In this document: positions 23,890 through 31,899 of the stretch, piece after piece
How positions within the stretch are numbered: position 1 is the first letter of the stretch
Layout: each line of letters begins with the position of its first letter
Assembly (NCBI GenBank): GCA_964349715.1
Contig: CAYGHR010000004.1
Span: 1-45,152 of the forward strand
Length of the DNA: 45,152 nt
Direction: 5' to 3'
Source of the DNA: an uncultured Peptococcaceae bacterium
Lineage (GTDB): Bacteria > Bacillota > UBA994
Program-made: the position numbers and the translations under genes
Notes under the pieces: model-generated
Told to the model about the DNA's origin: nothing
Database searches by the model: none
The model's input: the letters and a program-made list of their open reading frames with translations, nothing else

Positions 23890-26505
23890 TTAGTTTCCTC
23901 CCTTTAGACTGCGCTCTAAGAGAACATCTAGGAACTCGAGCTCCGCCTCCTGCGTAGGGACAAGCCCCCCTAAGCGGGCCCTCTTTAGCTCCGCCAGTAT
24001 GCGCCCTATCAAAGGGCCGGGCGAGACTCCGCGCTGTATCAGATCCTGCCCGCTGACCATGGGGCGTTCGGTAACCTTGGTCTGTAATTCTCTTAGCTGA
24101 CGGAAGACCTCCGTGCCAAGACCTGAAGCGATAATCAACTGCGCTTCGCCGGACAGATCTTCTATCATTAGCCAGATCTCCGGCAGCGTTGCCTTCCCAT
24201 CATGGAAAGCGCGCGTAACCGCCTCAGCGTGAGTGGCAACTTCGAGGCAGACATCGCGCGCCTTGCGCGGAAGCTTCAGAGACTCAACGAGCGGAGGCCA
24301 TTCAGAAAAGGGTTTATACATGAGAATAACGGTCATGTAGACGGCAAACTGGTCCAACCCGATGCCGATGCTAGATTGAGACACAACGCGCATAGTCCTA
24401 ATCTGCTTATCGCTAAGCATAAAATCAGGCAGCACGTGCGGCCACACACCGAGCTCATCCATGCGCAGCACAGAGCGCGAGGCGGCCGCCTCGCCTAGCA
24501 TAAACTGCAGTTCATCACGCAGCTTCTCGCGCGAGACTTTCTCTAACACCCCGTTCTCCAGCGCATTGCGCAGGAACCGCTCGGTCTGCTCCTCAATGCG
24601 AAAACCATATCGCTGCTCAAAGCGAATGGCGCGGATAATGCGGGTGGGGTCTTCCACAAAACTAAGATTGTAGAGCACACGCACAAGCCCTTGCGTAAGG
24701 TCATCACGCCCGCCAAAGAAGTCAAGCAGCTTGCCGAACTGACTCGGATTGAGAACTACCGCCAGAGTATTGATAGTAAAGTCCCGGCGATACAAGTCTT
24801 GGCGTATATTGGCGTTCTCTACATCGGGGAGAGCTGCGGGCATGGCGTAGAACTCGGTACGCGCCGTGACAAAGTCAATGGTTTCGCCCTGTGGCAGCGT
24901 TACGGTGGCTGTGCCAAATTTAGGGTACTCCACGCACGTAGCGCCTAAGAGCTTGGCAATGCGTTGCGCTAACGGTATGGCCTCCGGTTCCACCACTACG
25001 TCTACATCCACATTCTCATGCCCGATGAAAATGTCGCGCACCAAGCCGCCGACCAGATAGGCGCGGGCACCCTGACGGTCGGCCTCTTGGCCTATGAGAA
25101 GGAGCAGGCCCATGGTCCTGCTGCCGATGTGTGCCTCTAGGGTTGCCGTGACGTATTCATCCCCCAGCGTCTCTTGGTCGGGGCGTGAGCGGTAAGTAGC
25201 CTGATACCAATGGGGATAACTCTTTCCGTGTAGCGTGCGCAGCACGTCAGTGCGTGTTACAATGCCAAGTACTTTGCCATCTTCATCCACCACGGGCAGG
25301 CGTCCTATATCCTTGGTAATCAGGATCCTCTGCACTTCCTCCAGTGAGGCAGTGGCAGAAACAACTACTACTTGTGAGGACATAAACCCCTTGACCGGCG
25401 CTGTTTCCAGTCCATGGTGATTAGCTTTGTCAAGGTCGCGGCGCGAGATAATGCCGATCAACTTCCCGTCCAAAATCACAGGCAAACCGCTGTGCCCCGA
25501 GCGGAGCATTAACTGCCCTGCCTCGGCCATAGTTGTGTCGGGGGCGACGCTGCGCACGGGGGAGCTCATGATGTCGCGCGCTCGCAGAGGTGGCTCAACA
25601 ATGTCCTGCAGCAGGTTTTCTATCTGGGCTGCGTCGGCGCGAGAGGCATCCTTTAGGGTGGCTGAGGCTGCCTGCGCATGACCGCTGCCCCCTAAGCGCT
25701 GCATCAACTTCTGCATGTCTATACGGCTGCTCTTGCTCCTACCCACTACGTGTACCCTGCCGTCCATGTTTACCACGGCAATGCACGCATCGCAGTCGTC
25801 AATCTCCGCCAGTTTCCCCGTTAGCACGGCTAACCCGTCTACGTATTCGCTGACCTCGCACGTAGTCAGTTTTACCTTCGCGTCCTTGACCACAATGTCC
25901 CGCGACGAAGCCAGAAGCTCCTCAAACAAGGAGCGCTGCCCGTCTGACAGAGGGCTGCGCGTGTACGAGGCTATTACTTCAAGATTCGCTTGTTGGGACA
26001 ACAAAAAGGCCACGGCCGTAGCGTCACGGGCAGTCGTATAGCCTGCGGTGAGACAGGCGGTATCTGAGTAAATGGCCGTTGCCAAGACCGTAGCCACACT
26101 AGGGGTGACGTTAATCTTTCGCGCCGCTATTTCCTCCACTAGGAGTGTAGTAGTGGCCCCTACAGCCTCAATATGTAGGTTAGCCCACTCAGGCAATAGC
26201 GCGTGTCGCGGATGGTGGTCGATAATAGTAAGTTTCACGTCAGGGCGCGCAAACAAGGGCCTGAGTTTGCCGATGCGGTCCGCACTCTGGGTATCAACCA
26301 GTATTAGATGCGTGACTTCCTGCACGTTGACATGCTCGAGTAGCGTCAGGTTCAGGCTGTCCTTGTACAGCGAGTAAAGCTCCTTAACTTTCTTGTTGAT
26401 GTGCCCCGGGAAACAGGCTAGTGCCTTTGGTCTAAGTAGCTTAGCAGCCACAAGTGAACCTAGGGCATCAAAATCCGCGTTAGCGTGACAGACAATAACC
26501 TCCAC
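23890..26505 (-). CDS. multidomain DHH/DHHA1 phosphoesterase - CBS pair - poly(A) polymerase/CCA-adding nucleotidyltransferase
   Basis: N-terminus carries DHH-type motifs (H.N.D.D..GS, DHH, GGGH-like GGSGHAQA). The middle holds two CBS repeats. The C-terminal half has the class-II nucleotidyltransferase head motif GGLVRD....DVD. plus an RRD.T.N tRNA-NT body. GTG start after SD GGAGGTG. Confidence 0.85.
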   Translation of the reverse strand: MEVIVCHANADFDALGSLVAAKLLRPKALACFPGHINKKVKELYSLYKDSLNLTLLEHVNVQEVTHLILVDTQSADRIGKLRPLFARPDVKLTIIDHHPRHALLPEWANLHIEAVGATTTLLVEEIAARKINVTPSVATVLATAIYSDTACLTAGYTTARDATAVAFLLSQQANLEVIASYTRSPLSDGQRSLFEELLASSRDIVVKDAKVKLTTCEVSEYVDGLAVLTGKLAEIDDCDACIAVVNMDGRVHVVGRSKSSRIDMQKLMQRLGGSGHAQAASATLKDASRADAAQIENLLQDIVEPPLRARDIMSSPVRSVAPDTTMAEAGQLMLRSGHSGLPVILDGKLIGIISRRDLDKANHHGLETAPVKGFMSSQVVVVSATASLEEVQRILITKDIGRLPVVDEDGKVLGIVTRTDVLRTLHGKSYPHWYQATYRSRPDQETLGDEYVTATLEAHIGSRTMGLLLLIGQEADRQGARAYLVGGLVRDIFIGHENVDVDVVVEPEAIPLAQRIAKLLGATCVEYPKFGTATVTLPQGETIDFVTARTEFYAMPAALPDVENANIRQDLYRRDFTINTLAVVLNPSQFGKLLDFFGGRDDLTQGLVRVLYNLSFVEDPTRIIRAIRFEQRYGFRIEEQTERFLRNALENGVLEKVSREKLRDELQFMLGEAAASRSVLRMDELGVWPHVLPDFMLSDKQIRTMRVVSQSSIGIGLDQFAVYMTVILMYKPFSEWPPLVESLKLPRKARDVCLEVATHAEAVTRAFHDGKATLPEIWLMIEDLSGEAQLIIASGLGTEVFRQLRELQTKVTERPMVSGQDLIQRGVSPGPLIGRILAELKRARLGGLVPTQEAELEFLDVLLERSLKGGN

Positions 26506-26534
26506 CCGAGCACCTCCAGCGGCCCATTTTGGCT

Positions 26535-26560
26535 ATTATAGCACATTCAGGGCCGCTTAA
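26535..26560 (-). promoter_or_regulatory. sigmaA-type extended -10 promoter upstream of the DHH-CBS-nucleotidyltransferase gene
   Basis: The - strand reads TGcTATAAT (a perfect -10 with a TG extension) at 26535-26543. The -35 is poor (GCTTAA/TTAAGC region). Confidence 0.4.
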
Positions 26561-26575
26561 GCTCGCCGATGGAGG

Positions 26576-26926
26576 TTATCCTTTAGGGTTAAAGAGCAGA
26601 GCTACGAAGAAGCCAAAGATTATAGCGGACGTTATGCCTGCACTCGACAGATCGAAGATACCGCTTAACACCCCCATAGGGCCGCTTTTGGCCAGCTCAC
26701 TAAGTGTGCCCTGCACCAGCTGATGCCCAAAACTGGTAATGGGTACTTTCGCCCCTGCGCCCGCCCACTCCACCAGAGGCCCGTACAGCCCTAATCCGGA
26801 GAGCACTCCCCCGCTCACAACCAAGATGGTGAGGACATGAGCGGGAGTCAGCGGAGTAAGGTCCATCAACAGCTGACCTAGGACACAGATAAGTCCTCCC
26901 ACAACAAAAGCCTTAACGAAGATCAC
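26576..26926 (-). CDS. spoVAE: stage V sporulation protein AE (SpoVAEB-type)
   Basis: 116-aa membrane protein of the SpoVAC/SpoVAEB family (GG.ICV.GQ.L.D, GA.VPI.GF). GTGA overlap with the spoVAD stop. Confidence 0.88.
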   Translation of the reverse strand: MIFVKAFVVGGLICVLGQLLMDLTPLTPAHVLTILVVSGGVLSGLGLYGPLVEWAGAGAKVPITSFGHQLVQGTLSELAKSGPMGVLSGIFDLSSAGITSAIIFGFFVALLFNPKG

Positions 26927-27987
26927 TGCTCTCTTGCCTCCTGCTCCATAAAGCGATCGTCACACAGCTCAAGGGCCACGGCATGGGCAATACAGGGTAT
27001 GGATTCGCCTTGCTGAAAGGTAGTGGGGCTAAGAAGCGCCCCCGTTCCTACCAGTAGCAGCCGCTTGAGTTTAGCTTGCTTAAACATTTCCATCATATGC
27101 CCACACAACACGACAGCGCTGCATCCGCAACCCGAGCCCCCGGCGAACACGTTTTGGCGCGACCTATCGAACACCAGCAACCCGCAGTCCTGCAAGCGCT
27201 CTCCCAGGACAAGCCCTCCTTGCAGCAAGAGCTCTTCCACTAGACTATGCCCTACTAACGCCAAGTCTCCGGTAAGCACTAGGTCGTAATGGTCTGGGGT
27301 CAGCGCAAGGTCGGCGAAATGCCGCAGGACAGTATCTGCAGCGGCGGGTGCCATGGCAGAACCCATGTCGAAAGGGTCCTTGCGGCCCAAATCAGTGACT
27401 TTGCCGACGGTTAGGTGCGTGACACGCGGCAGCATCCCCTGAAAACTAGACCCCACCCCTAGCAACAGAGCTCCCGCTCCGGTAACTGTATACTGGCTGT
27501 AGGGGGGACGTTGCCCTCCGTATTCAGTGGGGAATCGGTACTGCCGCTCGCTTGTCCCGTAGTGACTTGAGACTGCCGCCACCGCATATGTGGCATATCC
27601 CCCATCAATGAGCACCGCTCCTAGGCCTGCACTCTCCGCCATGGTAGAACAGGCCCCGTAGAGACCAAGCATTGGGATTCCAAGGTCTCTGGCGGCAAAG
27701 TTAGCGGATATGCACTGATTGAGTAGATCTCCCGCCAATAGATAGTCGATGTTATCGCAGTTGAGATTCGCTTTGCTAAGAGCACACTGCACTGCCTCCT
27801 TAAGCATAGTGCGTTCGGTTTTCTCCCAGCTGCTTTCTCCGTTTAACATGTCCTGATAGACAACATCGAAGCTGCCGCTGAGCGGGCCTTCTCCTTCGAG
27901 CGGGCCCACCACGCAGGCTGCACTGACCACGGCAACCGGGCGACTAAACGTTACGGTCTGTAGACCCGCCTTTTTTATCGCGGGCAT
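26923..27987 (-). CDS. spoVAD: stage V sporulation protein AD
   Basis: 354 aa with a thiolase-like fold pattern (GP.E.EGPL...D....D...GE.SWEKAE..M; GDLLNQ). Conserved position between spoVAC and spoVAE. Confidence 0.92.
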   Translation of the reverse strand: MPAIKKAGLQTVTFSRPVAVVSAACVVGPLEGEGPLSGSFDVVYQDMLNGESSWEKTERTMLKEAVQCALSKANLNCDNIDYLLAGDLLNQCISANFAARDLGIPMLGLYGACSTMAESAGLGAVLIDGGYATYAVAAVSSHYGTSERQYRFPTEYGGQRPPYSQYTVTGAGALLLGVGSSFQGMLPRVTHLTVGKVTDLGRKDPFDMGSAMAPAAADTVLRHFADLALTPDHYDLVLTGDLALVGHSLVEELLLQGGLVLGERLQDCGLLVFDRSRQNVFAGGSGCGCSAVVLCGHMMEMFKQAKLKRLLLVGTGALLSPTTFQQGESIPCIAHAVALELCDDRFMEQEAREQ

Positions 27988-27989
27988 GG

Positions 27990-28457
27990 CTATCTAAGCA
28001 CGGCGTGCACTGCGCCAACCACGAAGGCAGTGACCGTGCCGTAAACGATAATCGGACCGGCGAGTTGGAACATGCGTGCGCCTACGCCAAGCACCAACCC
28101 TTCTCGCTTAAACTCAAGCGCGGACGAGACAATGGAGTTGGCAAACCCTGTTACCGGAACACCCGCACCCGCACCGGCAAACTGCCCTATTACGTCCCAG
28201 ACCCCAAGGCCGGTCAAGACGCTGGCAATAAGAATTAGCACCGCCACCGTCGGGTCACCGGCTTGTTCCTCAGGAAAACCAAGGTGCACAAAAAGCATCA
28301 TCAGCCCTTGACCAATGACCGAAATTAAACCGCCGACCAGAAAAGCAACAATTACGTTGCGAGCAAGCGGTACTTTGGTTCGCTTTTTTATGACCATTTG
28401 TTGATACGCTTTCTGCTCAAACTGCTTTCTGCGTTCCGTTTTCGTCTTGCTGGCCAT
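27990..28457 (-). CDS. spoVAC: stage V sporulation protein AC
   Basis: 155-aa membrane protein with N.I.AFLVGG.I...GQ and GAGA.VP.TGFAN motifs. SD GGAGGTGGG. Confidence 0.9.
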   Translation of the reverse strand: MASKTKTERRKQFEQKAYQQMVIKKRTKVPLARNVIVAFLVGGLISVIGQGLMMLFVHLGFPEEQAGDPTVAVLILIASVLTGLGVWDVIGQFAGAGAGVPVTGFANSIVSSALEFKREGLVLGVGARMFQLAGPIIVYGTVTAFVVGAVHAVLR

Positions 28458-28475
28458 TCATCCCACCTCCGCGTT

Positions 28476-28505
28476 TAGTTTGGGCGTAAGTGGGGGCGTT
28501 CATAC
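28476..28505 (-). promoter_or_regulatory. candidate forespore (sigmaG/sigmaF-type) promoter upstream of spoVAC
   Basis: The - strand reads GTATG (28505-28501), 18-nt spacer, CAAACTA (28482-28476). The sigmaG consensus as I recall it is GHATR-18-CATXHTA. Caveat: only ~19 nt separate the -10 from the ATG, so the leader would be very short. Confidence 0.3.
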
Positions 28506-28511
28506 GAAAGC

Positions 28512-28545
28512 AAGAGAGCGCTCCGTGGACGGAAGCGCTCTTTTA
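28512..28545 (-). terminator. hairpin terminator after the dodecin gene
   Basis: AGAGCGCTCCG-TGGA-CGGAAGCGCTCT gives an 11-12 bp stem with one mismatch. A T-run is present on the + side; on the - side the following tract (CTTGCTTTCG) is weaker. Confidence 0.5.
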
Positions 28546-28547
28546 TT

Positions 28548-28760
28548 CTATCGGTGGTGCTCCACGAGGAATGCCACTTTTACGTTAGCCTTATACTCCA
28601 CGATGTGCCCGTTTTCCACGTTACCTGTGAGGTTGTATACTTCCACCCCCGTAATGTGGTCGACCGTGCGTGCGGCTTCATGTACAGCGCTTTCAACAGC
28701 CTCCTGCCAACTCTTCGGTGATTCCCCGACGAGCTCTAGAACCTTAACGATTTGTGTCAT
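28548..28760 (-). CDS. dodecin-family flavin-binding protein
   Basis: 70 aa. The pattern ..KV.E..G.S..SW..A...A...A..T...I.G.EV....G.V.NG.I.EY.A.VK..F matches my memory of bacterial dodecins. SD AAAGGAGGTG. Confidence 0.8.
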   Translation of the reverse strand: MTQIVKVLELVGESPKSWQEAVESAVHEAARTVDHITGVEVYNLTGNVENGHIVEYKANVKVAFLVEHHR

Positions 28761-28920
28761 GCTGCACCTCCTTTAGCGGCGAAATGATCAAATGCACCAG
28801 TGTGGCTCCCTGGGGGCGTCTTTCGCGCGAGAGAAGCGCAAAGTACAGCCAATACACCGCGACTATGCCAATGAATGCCATAACCAATGCGAAGACCGCC
28901 GGTTTGCGCACAGAGCGCAT
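28744..28920 (-). CDS. small single-pass membrane protein (58 aa), not in the supplied ORF track
   Basis: My translation is MRSVRKPAVFALVMAFIGIVAVYWLYFALLSRERRPQGATLVHLIISPLKEVQHDTNR. The ATG at 28920 follows SD GAGAGGAGG by 9 nt. It has one 24-residue hydrophobic helix flanked by basic residues. The 3' end overlaps the dodecin start by 17 nt. Confidence 0.55.
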   Translation of the reverse strand: MRSVRKPAVFALVMAFIGIVAVYWLYFALLSRERRPQGATLVHLIISPLKEVQHDTNR

Positions 28921-28971
28921 CGCACTCGACCTCCTCTCAGAGTATCGCCTCTAACAGCTAGCGTCTAACCG

Positions 28972-29001
28972 TAGTATCGGTCGATAGCGGCAGTTTGATG
29001 C
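28972..29001 (-). promoter_or_regulatory. candidate sigmaG/sigmaF-like promoter upstream of the small ORF and dodecin
   Basis: The - strand reads GCATC (29001-28997), 18-nt spacer, GATACTA (28978-28972). This is two mismatches from GHATR-18-CATXHTA. Confidence 0.3.
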
Positions 29002-29003
29002 AC

Positions 29004-29768
29004 TTATAACAGAAGTTGTCGCAGCCTGAGCAGGACGGCCTTTTCTAGGCGTGAGACTTGCACCTGACTAATGCCTAACTCAGACGCGACTTCGGCTTGC
29101 GTCTTCAGCTGGAAGTAGCGGGCGGTGAGGATGTGTTGGTCTCGCCGCGGGAGTGAAGTGAGTAACTCGCGCAGAGCGAGTTGTAGCACACGGGCGTCCT
29201 CCTCAAGGCCAGGTTGCTTAATGCGGTCCACGAGGTAAACCGGCTGCCCCTCGTCTTGGTTCACCTGTTCCTCGAGTGAAGAGGGGGCTCGCAGGGACTC
29301 AAGCGCCGCGAGTGCGAGGTCTTCACCAATGTTGAGGTGCTGTGCGACCTCCCGCAGCTTTGGCTCACGCCCTAGCTCGCGCTGCAGACTCTCCTGTGTG
29401 CGACGCAACTTAAGGGCTGTCTCCTTGAGAGCGCGTGAGACCTTAATAGGTCCGTCATCGCGCAGAAAGCGCCTAATCTCCCCAATAATAAGTGGGACCG
29501 CATAGGTGGAAAACTTGACTCCATAGGACAAGTCAAATCTGTCGATCGCCTTTAGCAGCCCAATGCTACCGAGCTGGAATAGGTCCTCAGGATCGTGGCC
29601 GGCGTTAAGAAAACGCGCGACAATGGAGTATACGAGGCGAGCGTGACCCACAAAGAGCTGCTCTCGCACCGGAGCATCGCCCGCTCTCAGGCGGAGAAGC
29701 AGTGTCTGTGTTTCCGCTTCACTGAGAACTTCCGCGCGAGCTAGCTGCCTAGCGTTGACCATCTCCAT
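29004..29768 (-). CDS. sigF: RNA polymerase sporulation sigma factor F
   Basis: Sigma-70 regions 2-4 (LV.SIV.RF.....EDLFQ.G.IGL.KA.D.FD; ISQ.QVSRLEK). Last gene of the spoIIAA-spoIIAB-sigF operon. Confidence 0.93.
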   Translation of the reverse strand: MEMVNARQLARAEVLSEAETQTLLLRLRAGDAPVREQLFVGHARLVYSIVARFLNAGHDPEDLFQLGSIGLLKAIDRFDLSYGVKFSTYAVPLIIGEIRRFLRDDGPIKVSRALKETALKLRRTQESLQRELGREPKLREVAQHLNIGEDLALAALESLRAPSSLEEQVNQDEGQPVYLVDRIKQPGLEEDARVLQLALRELLTSLPRRDQHILTARYFQLKTQAEVASELGISQVQVSRLEKAVLLRLRQLLL

Positions 29769-30208
29769 TACTGTACCGTCGTGGCGATAAGATGCTTGAC
29801 CATTCTAACCGTGGTCCCCTGCCCGGGTGATGAACTAACGGTCAGTTCATCCATAAAGTTCTCCATGACGGTAAACCCTAGCCCGCTGCGCTCCTCATGT
29901 GATTTTGTCGTGAACAGAGGCTCCCTAGCGCGAGCAACATCGCCTATGCCCTGTCCATAGTCGATTACCGTCACTTCCAAAGTGCCCGCGGTCACGTGTC
30001 CTTTGACAACAATCTCGCCTTGGTTGGGGTTGCCTTCATAGGCATGGATGATGGAGTTAGTAATGGCCTCTGATACGGCGGTCTTTATCTCGTTTAATTC
30101 CGCTACCGACCAGTCTCCTGCCTGTAAAGCAAAGAGAGCGACAACCGACCGCGCAAAACTCTCATTCTGCGATAAGGCAGGTATACGTAGCTCAAACCAG
30201 CCCTTCAT
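29768..30208 (-). CDS. spoIIAB: anti-sigma F factor (serine kinase)
   Basis: GHKL ATPase motifs (E...N.I.HAY; D.G.GI; SGLGF). 146 aa. Start/stop overlaps with both neighbours. Confidence 0.93.
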   Translation of the reverse strand: MKGWFELRIPALSQNESFARSVVALFALQAGDWSVAELNEIKTAVSEAITNSIIHAYEGNPNQGEIVVKGHVTAGTLEVTVIDYGQGIGDVARAREPLFTTKSHEERSGLGFTVMENFMDELTVSSSPGQGTTVRMVKHLIATTVQ

Positions 30209-30564
30209 CGCCGCAACACCTCATCTTTCTTCAGCTCATGCACGGCGAGACTCTCAGAGGCGAACGCCGGGATGACCTTAGACAGTGCAGCCAACTCATA
30301 CAGGCGCTTTAAATGAGGATGCAGGGCGTAGGCCGCCATCTTCCCGCCTTGCGCAAGAACCCGGCGATAACGACCGAGCAACACGCCCACCCCTGAGCTA
30401 TCCATGAAAACCAGCTGCGAGAGATCAAGTAATATGTGCCGTGCGATATCTTTGTCGAGTTCTTTTTCGATGGCCTGACGCAGTTCATCGGCCGAGTGAT
30501 GGTCAAGTTCGCCGCTCAGTGACACAACGAGGACATTACCGCGATAGCGAGTACTGAAACCCAT
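30205..30564 (-). CDS. spoIIAA: anti-sigma F factor antagonist (STAS domain)
   Basis: 119 aa with the STAS pattern: L.GELD...A..LR, then the phosphorylatable-serine context F(M)DSSG(V)GV.LGRY. Confidence 0.92.
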   Translation of the reverse strand: MGFSTRYRGNVLVVSLSGELDHHSADELRQAIEKELDKDIARHILLDLSQLVFMDSSGVGVLLGRYRRVLAQGGKMAAYALHPHLKRLYELAALSKVIPAFASESLAVHELKKDEVLRR

Positions 30565-30592
30565 AAATTACAACCCCCCCTCGCCTACTATT

Positions 30593-30619
30593 GTTCTCCC
30601 TCTGGCAGCAAAATCCTGC
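30593..30619 (-). promoter_or_regulatory. candidate sigmaH-type promoter of the spoIIA operon
   Basis: The - strand reads GCAGGATTT (30619-30611), 11-nt spacer, GGAGAAC (30599-30593). The sigmaH consensus is RNAGGAWWW-11/12-RNNGAAT, so there is one mismatch in the -10. No Spo0A box (TGTCGAA) was seen nearby. Confidence 0.4.
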
Positions 30620-30624
30620 TAAGG

Positions 30625-30652
30625 AAAGAACAAAGCCTCCACGAGGAGGCGT
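30625..30652 (-). terminator. Rho-independent terminator after dacF
   Basis: The - strand reads GCCTCC-TCGT-GGAGGC followed by TTTGTTCTTT. Confidence 0.6.
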
Positions 30653-30657
30653 AAGAG

Positions 30658-31833
30658 CTAGGGTACGGGTAGCAAGGACTCCCACATCCGTCTAAAATTC
30701 TGCCACCACGACGCACGCGCCACAGACGTTTTAGCCACAAGCAGGACGTAGACAGGCTCTTGCCCCTCGGCTGTAACCCACAGACGCCCTAGCGCCTGCC
30801 CGACAACAATTGGCGCAGCTACGCGTAGCAACTCAGCTCGAGTCTCGACCGGAGAGCGGTGCCCTTTCGCCAGCAGCAGATAGAGGTCGCTTGCCGCTAC
30901 AGCCTCAGCGACTTGGTTTGTGCCCTTGGCTATGGGCACTTCACCCACAACTTGCCCCTCTTTTACTACCCTTCGTCCCTCATAGTTAGCGAAGCCATAG
31001 TCTAATAGCTTGACGATGTCGCTCCGCCGCTCGGTGGACGAAGTCGCACCCAACACAATAGCGACTAAGCGCAAATCGCCGCGCTTCGCGGTCGAGGCCA
31101 AACAATGCCCTGCCCGCCTTGTCCACCCGGTCTTTAGACCGTCGTAGCCAAGATAGGCAGCTAAGAGGTCGCGATTAGTGTTGGTAAGCGTAGTCCTCGT
31201 GCGGGCTCGCGTCAACTCGTGAGTTCTGATGGTCACAAACTCGTGCACTTGTTGGTGGCGAAGAATCTCGCGTGACAGAAGGGCCATGTCCATGGCGCTA
31301 GAGTGCGGGCTACCGAGATCTAGACCACTCGCGCTGGTAAAGTGCGTGTTGGCCATGCCGAGAGCTCTAGCGCGCTCATTCATCAGAGCGACGAAGCCCT
31401 CTTCACTGCCGGCCACAAACTCGGCCAAGGCAACTGCGCTGTCATTAGCCGATTCTATAGCTACGGAGAGAAACAGCTCCTCGAGTGTCAGAGTCTCCCC
31501 TGTTTCCAGCCAAATCTGCGAACCGCCAAAGCCCGCGGCATGGGCACTGACTGCGACCGTGTCCTCCCACTTTACCCGTCCGGCGGCCTCTGCTTCAAAG
31601 ACAAGCAACATCGTCATAAGCTTAGTCAGGCTGGCAACCGGTCTGGCTTCATGTTCGTTGCGGGCCAACAACACAGCTCCCGTGTTTGCGTCCATGAGCA
31701 AAGCTGCGGGAGCCCGTAAAGCCTGTTCCAGAGCGAGCGCGGGTATGCTGGGGTCAGAGCTGTAGCCAACCGGAACGAACGCCAGTATTAAGCACAAGGC
31801 GGCGGCAGTACTTCTTAAGAGCGTCGAGAGCAT
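30658..31833 (-). CDS. dacF: D-alanyl-D-alanine carboxypeptidase (S11, DacF-like)
   Basis: SxxK (ASLTKLMT), S.N (ESAND) and KTG (LKTGWT) motifs. Directly upstream of spoIIAA as in B. subtilis. Start at ATG 31833, 7 nt after SD AAGGAGG. Confidence 0.88.
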   Translation of the reverse strand: MLSTLLRSTAAALCLILAFVPVGYSSDPSIPALALEQALRAPAALLMDANTGAVLLARNEHEARPVASLTKLMTMLLVFEAEAAGRVKWEDTVAVSAHAAGFGGSQIWLETGETLTLEELFLSVAIESANDSAVALAEFVAGSEEGFVALMNERARALGMANTHFTSASGLDLGSPHSSAMDMALLSREILRHQQVHEFVTIRTHELTRARTRTTLTNTNRDLLAAYLGYDGLKTGWTRRAGHCLASTAKRGDLRLVAIVLGATSSTERRSDIVKLLDYGFANYEGRRVVKEGQVVGEVPIAKGTNQVAEAVAASDLYLLLAKGHRSPVETRAELLRVAAPIVVGQALGRLWVTAEGQEPVYVLLVAKTSVARASWWQNFRRMWESLLPVP

Positions 31834-31860
31834 TGATGAGCCTCCTTGGCACGTTTTCCT

Positions 31861-31890
31861 TAGCTTTGCCAAGCGAAGCAGGTTTAATGC
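31861..31890 (-). promoter_or_regulatory. candidate sigmaF-type promoter upstream of dacF
   Basis: The - strand reads GCATT (31890-31886), 15-nt spacer, GGCAAAGCTA (31870-31861). The sigmaF consensus as I recall it is GYATA-15-GGnrAnAhTr. Confidence 0.4.
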
Positions 31891-31899
31891 GAAACAAAA

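Noticed and set aside
28754-28954. 66-aa + strand ORF between dodecin and sigF.
   Set aside because: It is antisense to the 58-aa - strand ORF, which has a strong SD and a clean TM helix. The + strand ORF has no SD and points against all neighbouring transcription.
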